Origin: Candidatus Aldehydirespirator catecholifindens | GTDB taxonomy: Bacteria > Actinomycetota > Acidimicrobiia > Acidimicrobiales > Aldehydirespiratoraceae | DNA length: 64,000 bases | Direction: 5' to 3' | NCBI GenBank assembly: GCA_028283245.1 | Contig: JAPYNU010000086.1 | Span: 8 to 64,007, forward strand | Shown: in pieces, positions 1 through 9,411 of the stretch | How the letters are laid out: each line of letters opens with the position of its first letter | Position numbering within the stretch: the stretch's first letter is position 1 | Position numbers and translations under genes: made by a program | The notes under the pieces: generated by a model | The model's input: the letters and a program-made list of their open reading frames with translations, nothing else | What the model was told of the DNA's origin: nothing | Database searches by the model: none

Positions 1-25
1 ACATAGCGACTATCGTAGGCTTGCA

Positions 26-1339
26 ATGACGACAAATCCCACCGACGGGAACAGTCAGAGGTTCCTCGGAACTGTTGAAGAGAATTATTTGCCCAGGGTC
101 GTGGACTCAGAGATGAGAGAAGTCCTGAGCGCTTCACCGGCGATGCTCATCGAAGGCCCGAGAGGTTGCGGGAAGACTTGGACGGGACGCCGCTTCGCCG
201 CGTCGGAGATCCTCATTGATACGACAATTCGAGCCCGACTCGCTGCCAATGCTGACCCGGCCGTGCTGCTAGAGGGGCCTGCGCCTTTGTTGGTGGACGA
301 GTGGCAGTTGGCACCCGACATTTGGAATCCGTTGCGGCGTGCCTGCGACGATCGGCAGCGGCCTGGACAGTTCATACTCACCGGCTCAGCCGATCCGCCC
401 GATGACACCACACGACACTCTGGTGCTGGCAGGGTTTTGCGGGTGAGGATGCGACCGATGAGTCTCTACGAGTCAAACGACTCCGAGGGCAGCATTTCTT
501 TGATGGGGCTCTTTGAGTCGGGCAAGTACACCGCCCGCGACAGCGGGCACCATTTGAATGACATCGTGGCTTTGGCCTGTCGCGGCGGCTGGCCCAACCT
601 GGTCGCCACACAAGCGAGTTCAGCTGCGGCCTTGCGAGTGCTCAGGGGTTATCTCGAAGAGATCAGCCGCACTGATGTGGCCCGTGTGGATGGCGTGTCG
701 CGCAATCCTGTAGGTGTGCGACGCTTGTTGGAGTCGCTGGCGCGAAATGTTGCGACCGAGGCGAGTTACTCAACTCTGGCCAATGATACCTCCGGCACCG
801 AAGCAGGAATAGACCGCAGAACCGTAGCAGCTTACCTAACTGCACTGAACCGTCTGTTCGTGGTGGAGGATCTGCCTGCCTGGCGACCCCACATCATGTC
901 GCGTTCTGCGCTTCGAAAAACTCCCAAGCGCCATTTCGTTGATCCTTCGCTGGCTGCTGCGGCTCTGGGGCTTATGCCCGACGCAGTTATGGCAGACCTC
1001 AAATACGCGGGCTTGTTGTTTGAGTCAATGGCCGTGCGCGACCTTCGTGTCTATGCCCAAGCTAACGGATGCAATATTTCGCATTACCGAGACAGTGACG
1101 GCTTAGAGGTTGATGCTGTTGTGAGTCGATCTGACGGTGCCTGGATCGCTATTGAAGTCAAGTTGGGCGGAGAGGTACCAATAGCCAAGGGGGTGCGCAC
1201 TCTGCGGCGCCTACACGAGCGAGTAGATCCAGACCGTACCGGCAAACCTGCCCGGTTGGTGGTGCTGACCGCAGGCGGATACGGCTATGAGCATCCCGAC
1301 GGCGTGACAGTAGTTCCAATAACCGCTCTAGGGCCCTGA
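26..1339 (+). CDS. AAA+ ATPase, AAA_14/DUF4143-type ATP-binding protein
   Basis: 437 aa ORF. Walker A GPRGCGKTW near the N-terminus and Walker B-like LLVDEWQ. Overall layout matches the widespread DUF4143 ATPase family. Confidence 0.7.
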   Translation: MTTNPTDGNSQRFLGTVEENYLPRVVDSEMREVLSASPAMLIEGPRGCGKTWTGRRFAASEILIDTTIRARLAANADPAVLLEGPAPLLVDEWQLAPDIWNPLRRACDDRQRPGQFILTGSADPPDDTTRHSGAGRVLRVRMRPMSLYESNDSEGSISLMGLFESGKYTARDSGHHLNDIVALACRGGWPNLVATQASSAAALRVLRGYLEEISRTDVARVDGVSRNPVGVRRLLESLARNVATEASYSTLANDTSGTEAGIDRRTVAAYLTALNRLFVVEDLPAWRPHIMSRSALRKTPKRHFVDPSLAAAALGLMPDAVMADLKYAGLLFESMAVRDLRVYAQANGCNISHYRDSDGLEVDAVVSRSDGAWIAIEVKLGGEVPIAKGVRTLRRLHERVDPDRTGKPARLVVLTAGGYGYEHPDGVTVVPITALGP

Positions 1340-1433
1340 CAGCGCACCAACTCGCCCGAACTGCGCTTCGAGCGCCGCTTTAACTACAAGCCAAGCGCCT
1401 GAACCACAACAACATCTCGAAAATCCCCCTCGT

Positions 1434-1883
1434 TTAGAAGCCGGTTGAGCCGAAACCGCGGCTGCCCCGCGACGAATCGTTGAGGCTGTCCACCACCACC
1501 AAACGCACTTGATCTGCGGCCATTATCACCAGCTGCGCGATGCGGTCGCCGCGCTGCACTGTGAACGGCTCGGCGGGGTCGGTGTTCACTAAGAGCACCT
1601 TGATCTCGCCGCGATAACCCGAGTCGATGAGTCCGGGCGTGTTTAGGCAAGTCACGCCATGTCGCAAAGCCAGCCCGCTGCGAGGCAGCACGAAACCGGC
1701 ATAACCCTGAGGTAGCGCCACAGCTACGCCGGTAGGCACTAACTCACGACCTCCCGCCGGGGCCAGCACTGCGGCACTACGAGCGGGCAAGTCAATGCCC
1801 GCGTCACCCGGCCGTGCATAACCCGGAAGATCAAGATCAGGATCAAGTCGCTGTATTAGAACCTCAAGCATCGGCAGCGACAC
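1434..1883 (-). CDS. dut: dUTP diphosphatase
   Basis: 149 aa. dUTPase motifs AGIDL, PRSGLALRHG, GLIDSGYRGEI and C-terminal RGSRGFGSTG. Confidence 0.9.
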   Translation of the reverse strand: MSLPMLEVLIQRLDPDLDLPGYARPGDAGIDLPARSAAVLAPAGGRELVPTGVAVALPQGYAGFVLPRSGLALRHGVTCLNTPGLIDSGYRGEIKVLLVNTDPAEPFTVQRGDRIAQLVIMAADQVRLVVVDSLNDSSRGSRGFGSTGF

Positions 1884-1992
1884 TAGCGCGAAGGGTGCCT
1901 GCGTCTGTCGAACATACGAACATCAAAGCAACGCAGCCACTACGAGATACGTTCTCACCTGTGGGCGCAACCTGTTGGTTATCCTGCCTGCG

Positions 1993-2532
1993 ATGCTTGC
2001 GTGGATGGACTTGGAGATGACCGGGCTTGATCCTCAGCTGCATTGCATTGTTGAGATTGCCGTGCTGGTTACCGACAACGACTTGGAGCTGATAGCCACC
2101 GGGCCTGACCTAGTGATCCATCAGCCTGTCGAGGCGCTCAACCGTATGGACGACACGGTGCGAACCATGCACACCTCCAGCGGTCTGTTAGCCCAGATTG
2201 AGGCATCGACGGTGACCCTTCAGGAGGCTGGTGAACAGACCTTGGCGTTCCTTGCTGAACATATCAAAGAGCCCCGCAGCGTGCCTCTGTGCGGTAACTC
2301 AATCGGTGTCGACAGGCGCTTCTTGGCTAGGCATTTGCCACAGATTGAAGAGTTTCTGCATTACCGCTCGATTGATGTGTCCACCGTGAAGGAGCTGGCA
2401 CGTCGCTGGCAGCCGGAGATGTATCAGGCTGCGCCCGTCAAGAACAAGGGTCATCGCGCCCTTGACGACATACTCGAAAGCCTCGAAGAACTGCGCTGGT
2501 ATCGCGACTGCGGTTTCTTGGCGGGATCTTGA
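1993..2532 (+). CDS. orn: oligoribonuclease
   Basis: DEDDh exonuclease motifs WMDLEMTGLD and HRALDDILESLEELRWYR. I chose the start at MLAWMDLE inside the longer ORF 1975..2532. Confidence 0.88.
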   Translation: MLAWMDLEMTGLDPQLHCIVEIAVLVTDNDLELIATGPDLVIHQPVEALNRMDDTVRTMHTSSGLLAQIEASTVTLQEAGEQTLAFLAEHIKEPRSVPLCGNSIGVDRRFLARHLPQIEEFLHYRSIDVSTVKELARRWQPEMYQAAPVKNKGHRALDDILESLEELRWYRDCGFLAGS

Positions 2533-2539
2533 ATGGTTC

Positions 2540-3664
2540 ATGATCACCATCATGGACACCGTCTACACACGACAAGAGCAAGAGCCAGCATCAAGCGAAG
2601 TGACCGAAGTCGCGCCCGGCGTGTTGCGGATGCAGCTGCCGATCAGCCTGCCAGGGCTCGGCCATGTCAACTGCTATGCCCTTGTTGACGACGATGGGGT
2701 TGCTCTGGTAGATCCTGGACTGCCGGGAGAGACATCCTGGACGGCTTTGGGCGACCGGCTCAAGCAAGCAGGCATCCCGCTGCGTCGTGTGCATACCGCT
2801 GTAGTTACCCACTCGCATCCCGACCACTTCGGCGGGAGTCATCAACTGCGCGACGAGGTCGGTGCTGCGGTGCTGGCTCACAGTGATTTCAGTTTCAACT
2901 CTGCGGCCGAGGCTGCCAACGCTGACCTTGATTTGGAACTGTTAGACCTTGAACCCGAAGCCTTGATCGAACTCTGGAAGGCGAAGCTGGCCGAGCAAGG
3001 CGATACGCCTTGGGGCACGACCCGTCAACCTCCGAGTGATGCAATGATCGAAAAGTTCATTCAGACCAACCAGGTCGGGCTTCCGCAGCGTTTCCGGGTG
3101 CCGCAGCCATCAATACGCGTCAACGACGGCGAAAGCGTGCGGCTAGCAGGACGCGACTGGTTTGCGGTGCATACTCCCGGCCATACTCACGATCATCTGT
3201 GCCTATGGGATCCTGCTGAGGGGGTGCTGTTGTCAGGTGATCATGTGCTGCCGACTATCACACCGCACATTGCGGGTTCGAACGATCTCAGCGATCCACT
3301 TGCAGCTTTCTTTGAGTCGCTGCAACGAGTCGGCGGTTTCGACGGGGTGAAAGTGTGTCTGCCTGCTCATGGGCATCCCTTCAGCGATCTGCGAACCCGC
3401 ACCGATGCCATCCGTGAGCATCACTGCGAACGCCTCGACAAGTTGCGCGCCGCGGCTGATGCCCTAGGCGACGCTCCAGTAGAGGCATACATGCAAGAAC
3501 TGTTTGCGCAACGGTCTTGGGGGTATATGGCTGCCAGCGAAACGTTCGCTCATTTGGAGCACTTACACAAAATTGGTACCCTAGACAGCAGCCGTAACAG
3601 CGATGGCCTGTTGCATTACCGGCCTAAGCCTTCCCAACAACTTGAGTCAAGCCCTGCCGCCTGA
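2540..3664 (+). CDS. MBL-fold metallo-hydrolase
   Basis: Metallo-beta-lactamase motif THSHPDHFGG plus downstream HTPGHTHDH. The start is placed after the orn stop (MITIMDTV); ORF track 2462..3664. Confidence 0.8.
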   Translation: MITIMDTVYTRQEQEPASSEVTEVAPGVLRMQLPISLPGLGHVNCYALVDDDGVALVDPGLPGETSWTALGDRLKQAGIPLRRVHTAVVTHSHPDHFGGSHQLRDEVGAAVLAHSDFSFNSAAEAANADLDLELLDLEPEALIELWKAKLAEQGDTPWGTTRQPPSDAMIEKFIQTNQVGLPQRFRVPQPSIRVNDGESVRLAGRDWFAVHTPGHTHDHLCLWDPAEGVLLSGDHVLPTITPHIAGSNDLSDPLAAFFESLQRVGGFDGVKVCLPAHGHPFSDLRTRTDAIREHHCERLDKLRAAADALGDAPVEAYMQELFAQRSWGYMAASETFAHLEHLHKIGTLDSSRNSDGLLHYRPKPSQQLESSPAA

Positions 3665-4379
3665 GCATCGCAGCGCTGACACGCCGTCTGCCTCTGATCC
3701 CGAGGCAGCAACCCGCAAGTTGCTGTCAACAATCAGCGCACGCGTTGTTGCTGGGGTCGCATTGGTTGTTGCAGCCACTCTGATCGCTTTAGTGGCCGGA
3801 TCGGTGCTAGAGATCGGAGACTCTGACCAAGATGAGAGCTATCTGAACGTTTCGGAACTGAGCTTCGACAGCCTTGTTGTCACATACGACAATGACAGCT
3901 CGGCCAGTTCAATCAGCCCAGACAACCCAGACATTCCAGACAGCCCAGACATTCCAGACAACCCAGAAAACGTCAGCAACGCCAGCAGCTCAGGTTTCGT
4001 TGATCGCAAGCTTGGCGAATACGGCGGCAAGCCGCTCGTCGTGAATTTTTTCGCTTCGTGGTGCCCGCCTTGCGTTCGAGAGATGCCTGAGTTTCAGCGA
4101 GTGTTCGAGAAACTCAACGGGCGTGTGGCTTTTTTGGGGTTATCGCAAGATCGCACCGCGCAAGACGCTCTGGACTTGGTAGCGGCTACTGGCGTAACCT
4201 ATGACGTGGGCTGGGACCTTGACCTTGAGATTTATCAGGCAACCGAAAGCATCGCCATGCCTACCACTGCATTCGTTTCGCCCGAAGGCGACTTGCTCGA
4301 CACTTTCGCCGGGCTGCTCAACGAAGAGGCTCTGAACGAGCGAATCCGCAGCTTGTTCAACATTGCAATCGAAAGCTGA
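3603..4379 (+). CDS. TlpA/ResA-like thiol-disulfide oxidoreductase (membrane-anchored thioredoxin fold)
   Basis: N-terminal TM segment, CxxC motif FFASWCPPCVREMPEF, followed by ccdA. The start is uncertain because the ATG at 3603 overlaps the upstream gene by 62 nt. Confidence 0.8.
   Translation: MACCITGLSLPNNLSQALPPEHRSADTPSASDPEAATRKLLSTISARVVAGVALVVAATLIALVAGSVLEIGDSDQDESYLNVSELSFDSLVVTYDNDSSASSISPDNPDIPDSPDIPDNPENVSNASSSGFVDRKLGEYGGKPLVVNFFASWCPPCVREMPEFQRVFEKLNGRVAFLGLSQDRTAQDALDLVAATGVTYDVGWDLDLEIYQATESIAMPTTAFVSPEGDLLDTFAGLLNEEALNERIRSLFNIAIES
3918..3971 (+). repeat. In-frame 9-bp tandem repeat (ccagacNNN x6) encoding PDN-PDI-PDS-PDI-PDN-PEN
   Basis: Direct reading of ccagacaac ccagacatt ccagacagc ccagacatt ccagacaac ccagaaaac, in the linker of the TlpA-like protein. 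Confidence 0.85.
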
Positions 4380-4385
4380 CACGAA

Positions 4386-5528
4386 ATGGACTGGGCATCA
4401 CTGAGTTACCCGTTTTCGTTGGGGTTGGTAGCAGCGTTCAACCCTTGCGGCTTTGCTTTGCTGCCAGCCTACCTCGGCTATTTCATTGGCGCGGAAGGTG
4501 CCACCAAGCCGTCATCAGGCGGACAATCGCTGCGGGCGATGTTTCGGGCGATGGCAGTGGCGTTGACGCTCACAGCGGGGTTCGTTGTCGTGTTCGGGGC
4601 TTTTGGTGCCTTGTTTGAAACGGTGCTCAACCAGGGCGCTGTGCTTGAGAACATCGGCTATATCACCATCGTCATTGGTGTGATCATGGCAGCACTGGGC
4701 TTGTGGATGCTGGCAGGCAAGACCATCAACCTGCGCTTGCCGAAGCTCAATCTGGGCGGCGATAGCCGAGGCCTGAGATCGGTGTTCATGTTCGGAGTTA
4801 GCTATGCAGTGGTATCGCTTTCATGCACCATCGGCCTGTTCATTGCTGCGGTGGCGACTAGCTTCTCAGCCGACGGAATAGCTGATGGTGCTGGTAACTT
4901 CATCGCCTACGGCCTTGGCATGGGCGCGGTGATCACGTTTCTTACGATGTCTCTGGCGTTGGCTCGCAACAGTGTCGTGCAAGCAATGCGCAAAGTGTTC
5001 CGCTGGATCAATCCGATCTCGGGCCTAGTGCTACTCGCTTCTGGTGTCTACTTGGTTAACTATGGCTGGTGGGAACTCCAGATCATTGATGATCCCAGAG
5101 CCCACAACGCGCTAGTCGACAGATTCACCGAGTTTCAAAGCGCCGTCACCAACTGGATCGACTCAGTTGGCAGTGAGCGTCTGGGGGTGGTGTGTACCTT
5201 GGGTGTGCTGGGCACTCTCGTGTTCGGCTGGCGTCAAGGTGCTACCAACGTGCTGGCACGCCGACTGGTGACAGCCGCTTACGCACTGGTTTATTTAGTG
5301 GTGGAGTTCGTCTTCAATCAGGGCGAGTTCGTGCTGTTGCCAGTGTTGCGTTTCGCTGCTGGCTGGCCGCAGCGTTGGGGCCGATGGTTCACCGAGCCGC
5401 TTCGGTTCGGGGTGCTGCTGGAGGTCGTGTTAGTGGCCTTGGTGTTGTGGATCATTTCACGCATGCTTCTCAGAATCCGTCGGCAACCTAGTTCTAGTCC
5501 CACAGCCGAAAACGTGACATCAAGCTAA
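4386..5528 (+). CDS. ccdA: cytochrome c biogenesis protein CcdA (DsbD family) with C-terminal membrane extension
   Basis: N-terminal AFNPCGFALLP and second Cys motif VSLSCTIG, multi-TM, adjacent to the thioredoxin-like gene. At 380 aa it is about 140 aa longer than the CcdA sizes I recall. Confidence 0.8.
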   Translation: MDWASLSYPFSLGLVAAFNPCGFALLPAYLGYFIGAEGATKPSSGGQSLRAMFRAMAVALTLTAGFVVVFGAFGALFETVLNQGAVLENIGYITIVIGVIMAALGLWMLAGKTINLRLPKLNLGGDSRGLRSVFMFGVSYAVVSLSCTIGLFIAAVATSFSADGIADGAGNFIAYGLGMGAVITFLTMSLALARNSVVQAMRKVFRWINPISGLVLLASGVYLVNYGWWELQIIDDPRAHNALVDRFTEFQSAVTNWIDSVGSERLGVVCTLGVLGTLVFGWRQGATNVLARRLVTAAYALVYLVVEFVFNQGEFVLLPVLRFAAGWPQRWGRWFTEPLRFGVLLEVVLVALVLWIISRMLLRIRRQPSSSPTAENVTSS

Positions 5529-6178
5529 GGAGCGAGACGCTCCAGTCGCCATCTGGCTTTGGCCTCGTTGGCTGAATCCTCGAGCACGAAGCGCAGCCGG
5601 TCATGCAAGCGGTTACGGCGGCCTTGCCAGAACTCAACCAGTTGAGGGCGCACCAAGTAGCCGCCCCAATGCTGGGGCCGTGGTACGTCAACACCTTCAT
5701 AGCTGGCCTCTGTCTGCGAGACAAGACGATCTAGTTCGCTGCGGTTACTGATCGGCTGTGATTGCGGGGAGGCGCAGGCAGCGATCTGCGAACCGCGAGG
5801 TCTTGACGCGAAATAAGCATCGCTTTCGGCGTTGGGCAGATGCTCCGCTGAGCCCACCACACGTACTTGGCGCTCCAGCGGATGCCACAGAAAGCACAGC
5901 GCAGCGCGGCCGTTGAGTTCTAGGTCTGAGCCTTTAGCTGAGCGACGGTTGGTGTAAAACACGAAACCGCGTGCGTCGAAGCCTTTGAGCAGCACCGCCC
6001 GCGCTGATGGCCAGCCATCAGCATCAACGGTTGCCACTATGCAAGCGTTGGCATCGTAAGGCTCAGTCGCCACCCACGCCTTGAACCATGCCTCGAACTG
6101 CAGCATCGGATCATTAGCCACATCGGCTTCGCTGAGCCCCACCTCGGAATAGTGCTCACGCATTTGAGCCAGATCCAT
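5525..6178 (-). CDS. pdxH: pyridoxamine 5'-phosphate oxidase
   Basis: 217 aa with motifs YFASRPRGSQIAACASPQSQPI and EFWQGRRNRLHDR. Confidence 0.9.
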   Translation of the reverse strand: MDLAQMREHYSEVGLSEADVANDPMLQFEAWFKAWVATEPYDANACIVATVDADGWPSARAVLLKGFDARGFVFYTNRRSAKGSDLELNGRAALCFLWHPLERQVRVVGSAEHLPNAESDAYFASRPRGSQIAACASPQSQPISNRSELDRLVSQTEASYEGVDVPRPQHWGGYLVRPQLVEFWQGRRNRLHDRLRFVLEDSANEAKARWRLERLAP

Positions 6179-6195
6179 GAGCTTGCGGCTGCGGC

Positions 6196-7482
6196 TCAGC
6201 TAGCTGTGATCGACGTGATGCCGCCCATGTAAGGCAGCAGCGCTTCGGGGATTGTTATCGAGCCGTCGGGTTGACGGTAGGTTTCCACCAAAGCCACCCA
6301 CACTCGAGGCACCGCCAGTCCCGAACCGTTGAGGCTGTGAAGCATTTGCGTGCGTCCATCAGATGCCCGACGGTATCGGACGTTGGCTCGACGAGCCTGA
6401 TAGTCGCGACACCAAGAGATGCTCGACACCTCCAGCCAACGATCCACACCCGGTGCATAAACCTCAATATCAAAGGTTCGTGCCGAGGCGGCACCCAGAT
6501 CAGCGCTACACAGATCCAGCACCCGATAAGCCAGCCCTAGGTCTGCGATGGCACTCTCAGCTCTGTGCAGAATCTCATGGTGCATGTCCTGAGCCTGTTC
6601 AGGCGTGCAGAACCCGTAGAGCTCCACCTTGTCGAACTCGTGCAGCCGTAACAGCCCGCGAGTGTCACGGCCAGCTGATCCCGCCTCCCGCCGAAAGCAA
6701 GACGTGTGACTCATGAGCCTCATCGGCAAGTTGTCTTCATCGACGATCTCACCCGCCAAAAGCGAAGTCAGCGGCACTTCTGCGGTTGGTATAGCCCACA
6801 GCCCATCACGCTCGAGCAGGTAGGCATCATCAGAGAATTTCGGTAGATGACCAGTGCTGGTCATGGTCTCGGTGCGTACCAGAGTTGGCGGACGGATCTC
6901 TTCATAGAGGTCACGGTTGCGATCCAGCCCGTAGTCAATAAGCGCTCGCACCAGCCGTGCGCCAAGGCCGCGATACATAGCGAACATCGCGCCCGACATG
7001 CGCACCGCTCTCTGCAGATCAAGAATGCCCAGTACAGCACCGATGTCGGTGTGCTCGCTTCTTTGATGATCGCCGTAAGAGTCTGGGTCATATCCAACGG
7101 TGCGCAAAGTCACGTTGTCGCTTGGCCCAGATCCGTTAGGGCAGTCGTCGGCAACCATGTTGGGCACATACAACAAGATGCGGCGAATCCATTCCGCAAG
7201 CTGCTCGGCTTCGGTGGAGAGCTCGTCGATGCGTTCGGTGAGTTCACGGCTGCGGGCTCGCAGCTCTTCGGCTTCATCGGCTCGGTCTTGACGGAACAGT
7301 GCCCCTACCGACGCTGAGATCTTCTTGACCTCGGCCCGGAGTTCGTCGGCTTCGCTAACCAAACGACGCTGACGCTCATCATGGGTGATCACCTCGTCAA
7401 GCGGTGCGGTGGGCTCGCCGCGGCGAGCAACCGCGGCTTTGACTTTTTCGGGTTCGGCTCGAAGCAGCCGCAGGTCAAGCAC
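6196..7482 (-). CDS. serS: serine--tRNA ligase
   Basis: 428 aa. N-terminal coiled-coil arm MLDLRLLR... and class II core motifs (FRREAGSAGRDTRGLLRLHEF, GSGLAVPR). Confidence 0.95.
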   Translation of the reverse strand: MLDLRLLRAEPEKVKAAVARRGEPTAPLDEVITHDERQRRLVSEADELRAEVKKISASVGALFRQDRADEAEELRARSRELTERIDELSTEAEQLAEWIRRILLYVPNMVADDCPNGSGPSDNVTLRTVGYDPDSYGDHQRSEHTDIGAVLGILDLQRAVRMSGAMFAMYRGLGARLVRALIDYGLDRNRDLYEEIRPPTLVRTETMTSTGHLPKFSDDAYLLERDGLWAIPTAEVPLTSLLAGEIVDEDNLPMRLMSHTSCFRREAGSAGRDTRGLLRLHEFDKVELYGFCTPEQAQDMHHEILHRAESAIADLGLAYRVLDLCSADLGAASARTFDIEVYAPGVDRWLEVSSISWCRDYQARRANVRYRRASDGRTQMLHSLNGSGLAVPRVWVALVETYRQPDGSITIPEALLPYMGGITSITAS

Positions 7483-7558
7483 GACAGTGACGGTACCGCG
7501 TCAAAGCGCAAGCGACGTAACTCTTAGCCCGCTGCCCACAGATCGCAGAGGTTTGCGT

Positions 7559-7586
7559 AATCCACAGTTTTGCACAACTGTGGATT
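7559..7586. promoter_or_regulatory. Perfect 11-bp inverted repeat (aatccacagtt-N6-aactgtggatt) in the divergent serS / kamA-like intergenic region
   Basis: Read directly from the sequence. It lies between divergent start codons at 7482 and 7712. Candidate operator or 5'-UTR hairpin. Confidence 0.35.
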
Positions 7587-7711
7587 ATCTGGCACACTAA
7601 CGAACAGACCCCGAAGTGTTAGTGACAGCGTTGACGGCTACGGCTGCACCTGTCTAAGCCAACTCACCGGGCTCAGCCTCGCTCGTAGTCAGCGACGGAA
7701 CGGACGTTTTT

Positions 7712-9307
7712 ATGACCATCACAAGCAAACATCAACGCAAACCGAAGTATCAACCCAACGACAGGGAACGACTAGTTCTTGATCAGGTTGAGAACCCGCG
7801 TTACGACCGCCAGATCATCAACGGGCTCGACCCGTTCATCAACGCCACGGCACCAGAGGAAATGCAAGGCTTCTACTCGGCTGACGAACTCAAAGAGCTG
7901 CAACAGCTGGCTGCTACCGAGCGTGATGTAGAGGCGAGAATGCCGGTCAAGATCACACGCCATTACTTCGAGATGGCTCGCAGCAGTCGTGCCTTACAGC
8001 GACTCGTCAAGGCATCGCCTGCTGAAACCGCCAACCTTGATGGCGACGAAGACCCGTCAGGACAACTCGACTACAGCCCGGTTGAGGGTCTGCTGCACAA
8101 ATACGAGATGGCTTTGCTGTATGTAATCTCCACCTGCTCAGCACACTGCCGATTCTGTTATCGCGAAGAACTCATCGCCCGCAAAGATGTCGCCCACACA
8201 GACGGAACCGTCAAAAAGAAAGGCTTGGCGCAACTTGGCGAGGTGACCGACTACGTCAGAGCCCACAACGCCGCAGTCGCAGCCAACGACGGCAAACATC
8301 CTGAGACTGGTCGGCCCAAGCTGCGCGAGGTCTTGCTCTCGGGCGGTGATCCGATGGTGTTGCCCAACTCCAAGCTGGCGGGCTGGCTGACAGCCTTAGC
8401 TGAGGCTGACGTTGAGGTGATCAGGATCGGCACTAAAGAACTCGCCTTCTATCCCCAGCGATTTGACACGTCGCTGCTGTCGATGCTTGATCGTTTCCAT
8501 GAGATCTACCCAGATGTGGCGCTGCGTTTCATGGTGCATTTCAATCATCCTGATGAGCTTCTTGATACCGATACCGACGGCAACTACATCGCTGGCGAGA
8601 ATGGTCGGTTGAAATGGAATCACAGCGTGGCACAAGCCGTGGAGCAGATCACCGCAAGAGGCTGGATCAGCGTCGAGAACCAGTCGCCGATCATTCGTGG
8701 CGTCAATGACGACCCCGATGCCTTGAGGATCCTGCAGCGAACCCTGAAATCCGCTGGCATCGAGAACCACTACTTCTTCGGCGGGCGCAACATTGTGGCC
8801 TACAAGGCGTTCAATGTGCCTGTTGAAACTGCCTGGCAGATCCTCAACGAGTCACAACAGGGTCTTTCGGGAGTGGAAGCCCACGCCCGGTTGGCTCTGG
8901 TGCATTTCAAAGGCAAAACCGAGGTCGCGACGGTCACCGACGAACCGATCCCTGGCGTGGCTGGCACTGAGAACGGTGTAGTGGTTTTCAAGGTGCTGCG
9001 CAGTCCCCAAGATGCCAGCAGCCGAGGCCTCACAGCGATCGTGGGACGCAACCCCGAGGCTTTGTGGTTCGACGACTATGACGACAGAGTGATCATTGAT
9101 GAGGCTGGATTGTTTAACTTCAAACGGCCACAGCGTGTGCCGATCCCTGTCAGCACCGAGACATCGCAGGTGTCTCACCAAGCGTTAAGCCAGCAAAGCG
9201 CGGGTTCCAATCGTGCCAAAGCTCGCCTCACAACGGCGCAGCGCAAGCGCTACGAGGAACTCCACAAACACCGAACCGCATCCACAAGCCACAATTCCCC
9301 CGGTTGA
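7712..9307 (+). CDS. KamA-family radical SAM protein (lysine 2,3-aminomutase-like)
   Basis: CxxxCxxC cluster motif CSAHCRFCYRE, LLSGGDP motif, and KamA-type N-terminal region. 531 aa with a basic C-terminal tail. Confidence 0.8.
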   Translation: MTITSKHQRKPKYQPNDRERLVLDQVENPRYDRQIINGLDPFINATAPEEMQGFYSADELKELQQLAATERDVEARMPVKITRHYFEMARSSRALQRLVKASPAETANLDGDEDPSGQLDYSPVEGLLHKYEMALLYVISTCSAHCRFCYREELIARKDVAHTDGTVKKKGLAQLGEVTDYVRAHNAAVAANDGKHPETGRPKLREVLLSGGDPMVLPNSKLAGWLTALAEADVEVIRIGTKELAFYPQRFDTSLLSMLDRFHEIYPDVALRFMVHFNHPDELLDTDTDGNYIAGENGRLKWNHSVAQAVEQITARGWISVENQSPIIRGVNDDPDALRILQRTLKSAGIENHYFFGGRNIVAYKAFNVPVETAWQILNESQQGLSGVEAHARLALVHFKGKTEVATVTDEPIPGVAGTENGVVVFKVLRSPQDASSRGLTAIVGRNPEALWFDDYDDRVIIDEAGLFNFKRPQRVPIPVSTETSQVSHQALSQQSAGSNRAKARLTTAQRKRYEELHKHRTASTSHNSPG

Positions 9308-9411
9308 GGGTCTGCCTACTAGCCCACGACGCGCCCAAGCGACCGAGGGTTCGCCCACTAACTGAAGGAGCCGCTCTGGTGTTGGGGGCTAAGCCGTTTT
9401 GAGGTTGACTA

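Noticed and set aside
5525-5528. Convergent genes sharing overlapping stop codons (ccdA/pdxH here; MMPL/P450-fusion at 22943-22946 via CTAG)
   Set aside because: This is compact genome organisation. No structure or motif suggests a regulatory role.
9306-9372. Imperfect direct repeat gagggtctgcctactagc / gagggttcgcccactaac after the kamA-like stop
   Set aside because: Only about 14/18 identity, a single pair, and no associated hairpin or gene boundary logic.
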